56,642 nucleotides of DNA from Phoronis australis. Lineage: Eukaryota > Animalia > Phoronida. Position 1 is the stretch's first letter. Each line of letters begins with the position of its first letter. The stretch spans positions 1-56,642 of the forward strand of contig NMRA01001066.1 in the NCBI GenBank assembly GCA_002633005.1, in the 5' to 3' direction. The notes beneath the pieces are model-generated. The model made no database searches and had not been told where the DNA came from. It worked only from the letters and a program-made list of their open reading frames with translations. Shown piece after piece: positions 1 through 11,052 of the stretch. The translations under genes were made by a program, and so were the position numbers.

Positions 1-36
1 TGGTGGTTCGCAGAAACTTCTATATAACCCCATGAA

Positions 37-615
37 GATGTTTGCGGCAAGCTTGCAGCAACGTGTGCGGCTGGGTTGCAGGAACTGTTCCATATCCATA
101 GAGATGTTTGCGGCAAGCTTGCAGCAATGTGTGCGGCTGGGTTGCAGGAACTGTTCCATATAAGGACATAGGGATGTTTGCTGCAAGCTTGCGGCAAACT
201 TCATTTGCATGGTAAAAGTTTGCTGCATGTTTGCGGCAAGCATGCCGCAAGCTTGCGGCAATGTTTGCGGCTGGGTTGCAGGAAATTTGCATCCAGTCTT
301 TGGTCAGAGTTGATTCTTCGTGTTTGCGGCTGGTTTGCAGAAACTTTTGCAGCAAGCTTGCGGCAAGTTTGCGGCAAGCTTGCGGCAAGTGTTTGCAGGA
401 AGGCTTTTTTTTGGTATGGGGTAGCCTTTGCCATTGGGCTTGGATTGTAATCTTAACTTACTAACCAATATCGAGTTGACAGGCAGCATAAACATTCAGC
501 ATTGATTGATGCAACTGTCACTGATAAATCGTGTCAAACTTTTGCAGCAAGCTTGCCGCAACTTTGCGGCAAGCTTGCGGCAAGTGTTTGCAGGAAGGCT
601 TTTTTTTGGTATGGG
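37..615. repeat. Array of palindromic GCAAGCTTGC-core units; probable end of a non-autonomous DNA transposon
   Basis: Many copies of tgcggcaagcttgc(g/a)gcaa; 66-bp tandem duplication at about 37-162; the block 'gcaggaaggctttttttt(t)ggtatggg' occurs twice (ending 420 and 615), the second followed by TTAA. Confidence 0.7.
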
Positions 616-708
616 TTAAGTTGTTAGTTGTTAAAATTTACTGACCAATGAGATCGCTGATAAAATTGTCGGGTGAATAGTAAAATATCGGTTTGGTACG
701 TGAGTTAA

Positions 709-1380
709 AGGAGAATGCCACCGTAGACCCAAAAAACAACTTATAATTTGTATCAATTTAGATCGAGTAGTTCCACTCGATAACAGGCAAGAGCAGTTCT
801 TTTACCTGACACCTGACAGCAAAAGGTGTTGAAATTAAACAATGACGTCAGAGGTTCGAGGCCTCACTCCTGAGCACTTTTTTCACAACACCGGCGCCAT
901 ATAATTACTCATGGTGTCAGCCTCCTTATCGATTGAACTCATCGCCTTTACAAATACACCGTGTTTTTAAAAAAATGTGTTGTTTTATTTCGTTTTGTTA
1001 CGGATTGATAGGTATAAACTTAGCCTACAATTAAAGTTCGGTAGGCCAATTTACCAAGGTCGGTCGCAGGAGTTTGGGGTCTGTTCGGTGATAATTTTTT
1101 CTTCCGTGGGAATACACTGAAGAACAGCTGTGTGTTGTAATTTAAGGCTTGCGATTTTCTCAGTTCTAAACACACAAAACGCTCGGAACACGACTCACTG
1201 AGGCCCTCGGGACTGAAGACAGGAACATTGAGCTCCATGCAGTCCTCACTGACGAAAAGACTATAGTGAGTCAAAGAAATAATGTGCACGAGATTGTTTT
1301 GCTGAATTAGCCGAGAAAATGCAAATCTACTTACTAGTCGGGGGCTGCGAAGCCAGGTTCCCCTCCGATGACGGTGTTTT
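709..1380 (-). mobile_element. Solo end fragment of the Kolobok-type family seen at 2741-5162 (inverted copy of its right part)
   Basis: TTAA|AGGAGAATGCCACC terminus at 705-722; 709-1380 is a diverged reverse complement of about 4490-5162 (for example gatcgagtagttccactcgataac and ggagtttggggtctgttcgg). Confidence 0.75.
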
Positions 1381-1419
1381 CCCCGTTCAATCTTGTGGGG
1401 AATTTCTCGCTTATATATA

Positions 1420-1740
1420 CACTGGTCACCGCTCTGATTCTCTAAGCCCCAGACAATTTTTATGATCCCTATTTAGCACGCTTTTTGTATTGATGTAGAC
1501 CTGAGCTAATGAAGCGGAAAGTGTATCTAGCAATAGTTTCTTAACAATGGTGGTCGTTGTTACACCCAAACTGTATTTCTCTGGCATTTGTACAGAGTTA
1601 AAGCCTGCAACATGGAGCAGTTTTAACTTGGTACAATTTAAATAATACAAAAAGACTAAAAGGTTAATTTGTATATTAAAAGAATAATCCACGTGATATT
1701 GTTAACTCTCTGCGTTTGTAAATCACCGAGTACATCAATA
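1420..1740. repeat. Dispersed repeat; uninterrupted (empty-site) copy of the sequence split by the Kolobok insertion
   Basis: Matches 2555-2740 joined to 5167-5240 (cagagTTAAagcctgcaa at about 1593-1610); 1681-1729 is also repeated inverted at about 5400-5450. Confidence 0.8.
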
Positions 1741-2220
1741 CATACAGTTGTTTATCTTAAGTTTGTAGTTTTTAGCTTTAAAAGTTCACCGATTTTTAAA
1801 AATCGAAAACCAAACTTGGTTGTTTTTGCCCTCTGAATACATCTGTGGTATTTGTTTTTAACGAAAACTGTTGGTTAATGCATGTTGAAAAGTCGCCAGT
1901 ATGTACAGGGAAAGATGATTTCTACAGCTTATGGTCGGGTAATCACACTTAATTGGGTCATGCTCGCACCGTACAATGCGGTCGTCGCAACTGAGTCCGA
2001 CTCGGGCGCCGCGCTCCCTTTATTCCCGGTAAATGCCGCTCCGAAGGAAGAGCGGTGAAAAGTCACGCATATCTTTAGAAATGGCAGAATAGAATAGAAT
2101 AGGCATTACAAATTTGTATCTAATGAGACGGACGTTAATTGTTTCAGTTTTATATAAGCGTTGGTTAGGGTTAGAATTATTCATTTTGAAAGAGAACTCA
2201 CCATAACGTAGAATTGTCGT

Positions 2221-2456
2221 GAGGACTTGACAGAGGGACCTCAGGGGTCTCACACTCCACTGATTTATCCACATTACTTTGAAAACGCTTTGCCCAGTCA
2301 CGTCATAAAAGAGATAAGTAGACCTGCAGCTGACGCAGCAAGTAGAACTACTCTCGTTTATCACATTGGTGTAGATCCACAGTTGAACTTTGCTTTTCTG
2401 TTGACCCCAGATCGTCCGGAGTTGCACCATACACCAACTCCGGACTGTCCAAGAAA
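2221..2456. repeat. Dispersed repeat; an inverted copy lies in a KLHL17 intron (about 36848-37083)
   Basis: gaggacttgacagagggacctcaggggtctcacactcc...gagataagtagacctgcagctgacgcagcaagtagaactac recurs as a reverse complement at 36.85-37.08 kb. Confidence 0.85.
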
Positions 2457-2740
2457 TACTTAAGAGGCGCCGTGAACGTGCAAAGACAACGGAACATATG
2501 GCCAACTGCATTCAAAAAGTGATCAACAACTCCTGTGGAAAATTTCGCGCTTACACTGGTCACCGCTCGATCGGATTCCCAAAGCTCCAGACAACTTTTC
2601 TGAACCCTATTTAGCACGCCCTTTGTATTGATGTAGGTCTGAGCTAATGAAGTGGAAAGGTAATAGCTAGCCCCACTTTTTAGTAATGGTGGTCGTTATT
2701 ACATCCACATTGTTTTTCTCTGGCATTTGCACAGAGTTAA

Positions 2741-5162
2741 AGGAGAATGCACCCCGATTAAATTATTTTTTTACCGTCTTAATCGGTCTATATCCACATC
2801 GCCTCTTATACGGTCGACCTCACCTTGCCGAGAGGTGTCGCGTTAACCTGAGAGGAAGGTGAGAAACGAAGCAGTGACGTCAGTGGTTCGTCTGCAGAGT
2901 GAATGCCGTTATATTGCGGTGCATCGTTTCCGCTTGTCCGAACTATGAAGCTGCGACGAAAGCGGGTATATAGTCTTTTCGACTTCCTCGAGACTTCCTC
3001 AAGAGCCCGAAATGCTTATGAAGTGGCTCGCGGTAGTGAAGAATGAAAGGAATGCTGTTAATAGCAAGTATGAGGCCGTGAAACATCTCGTGTCAATGGC
3101 CGGCATTTCGTCGACAGTGATCATTTCTCTGACGAATTCCGGCTTACTAAAGAACTATCAATACGTTCCGTTGCCTGTGCATATTCACGGCGCCTCTCTA
3201 GTATTTCTTGATCAGTGTATTCCGGTTCGAACTGATAGCCTGTGAAGCCTAACGATCCGTCCCGTGAAGTCTTCGTCGGATGAGCTCTTGACTAAGTCGG
3301 GATTGTCATAGGCGGATTTAGGGGGGGTAAGGGGCCCGGCCTCTCCCCCCGCCCCCCTGGCTGCCGCAAAAAATAAAACAGTAAGAGCGTAGGGAAATGT
3401 TGAGTTCATTAATTAACCCCGGTAATTAAAATTATACGGATGAAAAAAGATTTAAATGTGTGCATTTTTAGTGTTGGAGNNNNNNNNNNNNNNNNNNNNN
3501 NNNNNNNNNNNNNNNNNNNNNNNNNNNNNNNNNNNNNNNNNNNNNNNNNNNNNNNNNNNNNNNNNNNNNNNNNNNNNNNNNNNNNNNNNNNNNNNNNNNN
3601 NNNNNNNNNNNNNNNNNNNNNNNNNNNNNNNNNNNNNNNNNNNNNNNNNNNNNNNNNNNNNNNNNNNNNNNNNNNNNNNNNNNNNNNNNNNNNNNNNNNN
3701 NNNNNNNNNNNNNNNNNNNNNNNNNNNNNNNNNNNNNNNNNNNNNNNNNNNNNNNNNNNNNNNNNNNNNNNNNNNNNNNNNNNNNNNNNNNNNNNNNNNN
3801 NNNNNNNNNNNNNNNNNNNNNNNNNNNNNNNNNNNNNNNNNNNNNNNNNNNNNNNNNNNNNNNNNNNNNNNNNNNNNNNNNNNNNNNNNNNNNNNNNNNN
3901 NNNNNNNNNNNNNNNNNNNNNNNNNNNNNNNNNNNNNNNNNNNNNNNNNNNNNNNNNNNNNNNNNNNNNNNNNNNNNNNNNNNNNNNNNNNNNNNNNNNN
4001 NNNNNNNNNNNNNNNNNNNNNNNNNNNNNNNNNNNNNNNNNNNNNNNNNNNNNNNNNNNNNNNNNNNNNNNNNNNNNNNNNNNNNNNNNNNNNNNNNNNN
4101 NNNNNNNNNNNNNNNNNNNNNNNNNNNNNNNNNNNNNNNNNNNNNNNNNNNNNNNNNNNNNNNNNNNNNNNNNNNNNNNNNNNNNNNNNNNNNNNNNNNN
4201 NNNNNNNNNNNNNNNNNNNNNNNNNNNNNNGTGAGTGCAAATGTTTTGAGAAGCCAGCAATGAATAAACCACTGCGTTACCGGCTTTTGATGCCGGCAAC
4301 AAAAGTAATTGACAGGGCACCGAGGCCGTCTGAGCGCACGCTAATTCAGTGTTTGCTGACAGAAAGCTGTTGTGAAACAATTACTCTATTTTATATGCTA
4401 TGGTCACATGTTAGGGGAATCTTTATTTAGAAATACGAAATACATTATTCAAATCATTATACTGTACCTTTGCCCTGACGGTCTGTGGAAGGGGAACCCG
4501 ACTTCGCGGCCCCCGACAAGTAAGTAGATTTTCTGTTTCGTGGCTAATTCACATAAATAATTACGTGCACATTATTTCTTTGGCCATTATAGTCTTTTCG
4601 TGACTGGAGGTTTAGTTTCCAACTCAATCTGGTTTATGTTCGAGCCGCGACGGGCCTGATCAGGTTCCGAGTCACTGGCCGGGATAACAAGCGTTTTGTG
4701 TGTTTACAACTCAAAACATAAATCTAGGTTCTCCTGTTTGTATGTCACGGAAGAATACTTCGAATTTATCTCCGAACAGACCCCAAACTCCTGCTACGGA
4801 CCTTGGTAAATTGACCTGCCGAACTTTGTCGGCTACGGTGTGTCCAAATACCAGTAAATCCGTAACAGCGAAATAAAACAACGCGGTTTTATAAGAACTC
4901 GGTGTATTTTTAAGGGTTTTACATCGACGTTCGATGATTTATTGGTGTATAACGATGAATTCAAGCGATAAGCGCACACCACTAACCCGTGTTGTGAACT
5001 GTAGAACAGACTGCGTGTGGAACCAATTACGTCATTGGATAATTTCAACACCTCCGTCTGCCATCAGGTGTCAGGTAACGCAACCGAACTTGCCGTTATC
5101 GAGTAGAACTACTCGATCTAAATTGATGCAAAATAGGTTAATTTTTTGGGTGGCATTCTCCT
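2741..5162 (+). mobile_element. Kolobok-type DNA transposon (decayed, contains an assembly gap)
   Basis: Terminal inverted repeats (TIRs) AGGAGAATGC...GCATTCTCCT flanked by a TTAA TSD (2737-2740 and 5163-5166); empty site at about 1598-1601; decayed THAP motif near the left end. TTAA TSDs and a THAP domain are known Kolobok traits. Confidence 0.8.
2903..3125 (+). pseudogene. Decayed THAP zinc-finger (transposase N-terminus)
   Basis: Across frameshifts and a stop: RCIVSACPN...(*)SFRLP(Q)EPEMLMKWLAVVK...SRVNGRHFVDSD, matching THAP CxxxC...FP...W...(C)xxHF. Confidence 0.65.
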
Positions 5163-5612
5163 TTAAAGCCTGCAATGTGGAGAGCAGTTTTAACTTGGTA
5201 CATTAAAAATATTACAGAAAAAACTAAAAAGTTGATTTGCGTTGATCTTGAAAAACTGCCACTTCCCACAGGAACGTTGGTTTTAAATGTTTCACACCTG
5301 TTTTTCATAACATTAATTTAATACTCCTGTCTACTTGTTTTTTTTTTCTTACCGGTTAGGGTTGATATCTTTTTAAACGACTGAGCGTATTGAAATAATC
5401 GGTGATTTACAAACGCGGATCAGAGTTAACAATATCACGTGAATTATTCTTTTATTATCCCACACGCGTTGAATCTGTCGAGGGAAATACGGCCATGGAA
5501 TAGTTTTCCGTATTCACCTCCTGCGCTACTTCAATAGTGACCTCTTACATGGAAAGTTCAAAAGGTCGACTCGACGGCCTAGACCGGTTCGATCATCAAA
5601 CTTTCGGAAAAT

Positions 5613-5700
5613 CAGTGGCGGATCTACGTTTTCAGTAAGGGGGGGTTTAGGATTCCCGCAAAGGTCGAATCCGAGGAGCGTGGTGCCGAGCGAGGGGAGG
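5613..5700 (+). mobile_element. hAT-like GC-rich terminus (CAGTGGCGGATCTA)
   Basis: About 40-bp inverted match to 9786-9829 (gaatcctaaccccctccttactgaaaacttagatctgccgcta); no shared TSD seen. Confidence 0.6.
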
Positions 5701-6489
5701 TCGGGTAAACTCCCTCCCGTGTAAGACAACTTTTTGTTTTTGTAGCCAAACAGTGAAATTTCCATGCATCCTGGTACGTTTCTGGAGTTTTTCTTAAGAT
5801 AATTAAAAACCCTTCTCGATTTCGTCACATGAACTTGGCTCATAAGTTTCGTGAAACCATATTTGTGCACATCTGGGTATGAGTCACGCCACCAGCAAAC
5901 ATTTTTGTTGGAACATCGGCTTACACACACCTTTTTAGCATACGAAAAAGTGTGGTGTGTTTACAAGGGTTTAAACAACTACCAAATATTCAAGAGCATA
6001 AGGGGCACCGACGGGGCGTAAAAACTTGAATATCCAGATGATCGCAACAGCCTCAAGCTGTTTAAGAACGAAGACCTGTACTTTTAGTCCGGAAATAAAC
6101 ATGTGTTCTGTCTCGTTACGAGAAAAACTGGCGAACGACTGTGCTCTTAGCTCATAGTCTATTATTAAAAGCGACAATGAACAATTAAGTATCACTTTAT
6201 TAAGCTGAATCACTTTGACAACAATTGAAAAACGTCAAATCTATCAGGAAACAAATCATCTGAAAGCAGTTTCACGAAACCAAAACATCGTGTGCACAGT
6301 GGTGAAAAGATATACTGGACTAGTTTGCAGAGGGACCAGATGTACATGTACACTGAGAGTACACAAAAAGGTTGACCTGGTCCGTCACGAGACCTAAAGC
6401 GTACTTAGCAAAAGATTTTGAATTGAAAACTTCTCTCTAGACACTTTTTAATCCCCAGTTGTTGCTCATACGTGTAGTTTACACATCTG

Positions 6490-7050
6490 CAACTGCGAGA
6501 GGTTGTCTAGGAAGGGTTTTCGCACCGTTCTGTAGTACCCGGTACTCCCTGGAAGAAACAAGTATTGAGTACAGATTTAACTACGCACTATGTGAAATAG
6601 ATTTTGGATATGAAGCAGATAGACTCAAGTGGAAATACAAACCAGAATCAGTTTCTGTGCGCTCGTAGACCCTCTGCTGTACTGGGTAAATTTGACATGT
6701 CCAAAAATATTTTCTATTTCGTTTTCATTGTACACGAGCATAAAAAACCGACATTATTACAAACTGTGTAGAATTATATAGCATATTACCTGGGTGTTTC
6801 TCCAGGAACGTTGGTCCTATCTTTCTGTTGTCTAGGCTGACGAGGATTCTGTATATCGGATCCAATGGTTTACTCGTCTTGGAACCATTCTACCCAGACA
6901 TCTTTGATGTTTGTTCCCAACACTTGCACTTCGTCAACTGCTCTGTCAATGAGCTTGTACGCCACTACAATGTCAGCATCTCGTTTCGCAGCTCAGTTGG
7001 CAGTAAGCCCCCTGAGGTTACCAAGTCCATTCAAAAGACTTACAGCATGC
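6490..7050 (-). pseudogene. Decayed hAT transposase (THAP12/PRKRIR- or ZMYM1-like), two exons
   Basis: Minus-strand translation NLRGLTAN*..KRDADIVVAYKLIDRAVDEVQVLGTNIKDVWVEWFQDE*..NPRQPRQQKDRTNVPGETP, a GT donor near 6789 and a ttcttccAG acceptor near 6549, then EY..YYRTVRKPFLDNLSQLQ. This matches the hAT 'RxNVPxxTPEEYYRxxVxIPFLD' region. Confidence 0.8.
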
Positions 7051-9227
7051 GCAACTAAATTTGATCCCTTCATCACGGACTACTTCAAACATTTGCATCT
7101 CTTGCAAACTTCGAAATAAACGTCCCAATGTCTGAGCGCTTGAAACCCGAAGTACTAACATCAAATAAATGCCTATGGGCATGGGCGTTTCGTCGGTTGG
7201 GCCTTTCTGCGGAAATTCCCAGTGTAGAAAATGGCAGTGGTGCTTATTGCAGGTAGAAAGACGGTAGGTGTTGAGGACGGCACTTCGGACTCCTTAGGAG
7301 GTCTATTGAACATCGCACGAGTCCCGAAAGACTTTGTTGTGAAAATACAGCCTCCCAGCAAGTTTCTGGTACTGTACACTGTTCGCGAATGCGGTCACTT
7401 TGTCAATGTGAGTGCCCCCTTGGTCATTCCTTGTATAGACATAACTTGTTAGAGTGCATCTTCAAACAGACTCGCGACCAGACCACGGCGCCCGCCACAA
7501 TAGCAATTCTNNNNNNNNNNNNNNNNNNNNNNNNNNNNNNNNNNNNNNNNNNNNNNNNNNNNNNNNNNNNNNNNNNNNNNNNNNNNNNNNNNNNNNNNNN
7601 NNNNNNNNNNNNNNNNNNNNNNNNNNNNNNNNNNNNNNNNNNNNNNNNNNNNNNNNNNNNNNNNNNNNNNNNNNNNNNNNNNNNNNNNNNNNNNNNNNNN
7701 NNNNNNNNNNNNNNNNNNNNNNNNNNNNNNNNNNNNNNNNNNNNNNNNNNNNNNNNNNNNNNNNNNNNNNNNNNNNNNNNNNNNNNNNNNNNNNNNNNNN
7801 NNNNNNNNNNNNNNNNNNNNNNNNNNNNNNNNNNNNNNNNNNNNNNNNNNNNNNNNNNNNNNNNNNNNNNNNNNNNNNNNNNNNNNNNNNNNNNNNNNNN
7901 NNNNNNNNNNNNNNNNNNNNNNNNNNNNNNNNNNNNNNNNNNNNNNNNNNNNNNNNNNNNNNNNNNNNNNNNNNNNNNNNNNNNNNNNNNNNNNNNNNNN
8001 NNNNNNNNNNNNNNNNNNNNNNNNNNNNNNNNNNNNNNNNNNNNNNNNNNNNNNNNNNNNNNNNNNNNNNNNNNNNNNNNNNNNNNNNNNNNNNNNNNNN
8101 NNNNNNNNNNNNNNNNNNNNNNNNNNNNNNNNNNNNNNNNNNNNNNNNNNNNNNNNNNNNNNNNNNNNNNNNNNNNNTATGTTTTATGATCATGGCACAC
8201 AGTCTAACAAGGAGGACAACTTTCATCTATCTGTCTTTTCTCTATATTTGTATGCCTATGATACTCAGAGAGATGTTGCAACCTGAAAACACATCGTTTA
8301 CAACTGGTAGGCTCGTTTCCAAATCATTAAAAATACCCCTCGGCTATTTCTCAAGTCAACATACTTAGACTGAAGTGTCGTCTACAACTGACTGAGATAA
8401 GTTTTCAAAACAGAGAGGTCTTCCTGGAGTACGTTCAGTACCCTAGGGCTTACGCTAGGGCCAACCTATTGAGCTAGTCAGTGATCTTTATATTTATCTC
8501 AGTCATCGGGCTAAAATCTAGCCAAGTCACATGTTCACATTTAAAATACACGGCAATATCTCACGTAATCTCGCGAAGTGTTGCTTTTAGCGAGGTCCTA
8601 GCGTTATTGAACGGGAGGCTGATCCTTCCCAAGCTATTTTGCAAATGTCACTGCACGTGCAAGTCACGCGCCAGGTCACGCGCCGCTTATGCAGTCACGC
8701 GCTAGTCTTTGCATAACTCAAGTGACCATGAGTTGAAATATTTTGCAGTTATTGCGAGCACGGTGAAAAGTTACCAAAAAACTGGAGTTGGAATTCTTCA
8801 CCAAACTCACCTTTAATTCTCATAGCTACGCGTCATCAAAGATATGTGTAGAAGCCGAAAGGATCACTGAAGAAAGTAAGCACCTTTTTAAGTGAGAGTT
8901 TTAAGTGTAGAATGTATTTTTGACCAGAGCAGAGGTGAAAACTCTTAATCGGTGAGCGCCCGTTTAAAATACACAGGGTTAAATTAATTAGTACAGAAAG
9001 CGATAGGAAGTATCAGGACCCTAATCAGCCAACCGAGGTGTTAGATCTGCGTACACTGCCCTGCTGATCGATGCTCGAGCGACTAAAACCAGCATTAGAA
9101 TCCAAAAGTAAATTCCCTAATGATTCCAAAAATGTGGTCCAAAAGTACTGCCAACCAAATGATTTTTTTTGAAATTGTTTGAGGGCTAGGGCTTCCTCAT
9201 GAAATCGCGGTTCTCAACGTCGATACC

Positions 9228-11052
9228 GGAGTCACCCCCGCGACCCCCACACCCCTCGACCAACATCCCTCTCGAGCAACGACCCCCTCGACCCACAACC
9301 CCTCGAGGCTCGACTCAGAGACAAAGGGCGGGTTTAGCTCCGTCATGTTCATTTACTCAACTTAGGGTTCGCTGAGTCTTTGCGGCTGTACAACCCGGAA
9401 CAACTAGCAGCACACGTTTCAAACGCACCATAAACAAGCAGGCGCATGTTATCGAACCAGGAACAACGCCCCTTTCCTGACAGAAAGAGCAGACGGACCT
9501 CCGAAGCACCGAAAACAGGCCGATGCTCTTTTCGTTTCATGGCAGCACGGATGGGCTGTGCAGCACTCATGGGGGTCTATAGCGCCCACCGTGCTATTGT
9601 GTGTCACCCATGCAATACTATTTTTGAAAAGGGGTCAAATACATTAAACCCTCTAGCTGGGACAGGATCAAACATAAAAATGTAAAAGAAAACGTCGCCA
9701 GGAAAATGAAATCAGCTATAAAAACCAAAAAAATCACAGGAAAGAGGAACCCCCCTCCAACCTCCCCCCCACTCCCCCTCGGCNGCGAATCCTAACCCCC
9801 TCCTTACTGAAAACTTAGATCTGCCGCTAAAACGCCTTTATTACGACAGTCCCATACCTGACACTGAATAATTACAATAGAGACAAACTCGGCGGCAATG
9901 ATGAAGCTAGCCTTGGTACAAAGCTATATATAAATATACAGCTTTGCACCGATGCGGGTAAAAAAGTGGTAAGATAAAATCTGACACAAAATTAGCGTCA
10001 TTAAAAACTACAGTCTGCCTTGAGTAACTTAAATTATTTAACGGTGTTGGCAAAAATGGCGTTCTACCGTTATTTTACTGCTAAAGTTGTGGAGCGATCT
10101 TTAGCGACAGCTTTCGGCGCCATGAGATTTTGCGTCACCTATTGGCCAGTTTCTTTTTTCGCCGATTCTTCAATCAACTGTTTTTCTCTCACGAGCTTGC
10201 GTACACGTCACAACAAATTATCAGAACTGGTTTCACTTCATTATAAGTTTTTAGAATTTTGATACCGAAAAATCGAATTTCAGAAGAAATTTTGCTGCTG
10301 CCAAGCTATCATCATCACCCGAGAGATGTCGCAAAAATTTAGGAAATGGCGCGTGCGCGTGACACGAGCGTACTGTTTTCAAAACGACGAAATACTTTTC
10401 ATTGTTAGAGAAGGCGGAGAGTTACACAAGAAAATGACGTTTGTTGCATTGTTTTTCACTTAAACGGTTGTAACGGTCAAGGTGAGTGTCGGTTGGCTCC
10501 CAGATTTTGCATGCACACCGTCCGGTCTTTAGCTTTACATGTTGATACAAGTTTCACGGCGCTGTGACGAGCAGAACTACCCTGGCTGTGCGCAATTTCG
10601 GGGTCTACGGAAGAAATACACGCAGTGGGACCTAGCTGTATTTTGACGACAGTCTTCATACAGCTAGCTAGCTGGCTATGATGAAGCATGAATCATGATG
10701 GATTGCCCAACAGGGCAACTGAGAATTACATGTACAATGATTTTATCCCACACAACACTTCAGCAGTTGTTCGGAGCTTTTCATAAAAGTGTAAATTTTC
10801 TTACGTGAATGTGCTTTTCTTTTGTTTTTTTCGCAAAAATCTTCGAGGCCAATGATCGTCGACCTCTCTGTTCCCCACGTCTTCAAGGAAAGTCACTCAG
10901 CGACTGAATAAGATTTTGAAATATGTACAACTCGCAAAAATGCCTCTACTGCCACAAGTCGTTGGTCGAGGGGGTCATGGGTCGAGGGGGTCATGGGTCG
11001 AGGAGGCTGTGGGTCGAGGGAGTTGTGGGTCGAGGGGGTTTTAGAACAATCC
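9228..11052. mobile_element. Non-autonomous MULE/MuDR-like element
   Basis: GG...CC ends, inverted subterminal arrays (cccctcgacc)n at 9235-9315 and (ggtcgagggg)n at 10960-11040, and a 9-bp TSD gtcgatacc (9219-9227) / gtcgctacc (11053-11061) with one mismatch. Confidence 0.75.
9908..10690 (+). repeat. Dispersed repeat starting TAGCCTTGG; a second, interrupted copy spans about 11422-14290
   Basis: Colinear similarity to 11422-11890, 12240-12473 and 14233-14290. Confidence 0.85.

Noticed and set aside
20-495. Overlapping CRKLAA-repeat ORFs and CRISPR-like appearance
   Set aside because: These are translations of a palindromic repeat array. There are no unique spacers or cas genes, and the context is eukaryotic.
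5613-9829. A single intact 4.2-kb hAT element
   Set aside because: No TSD is shared by the two ends, and the right end lies inside a TSD-bounded MULE-like element.
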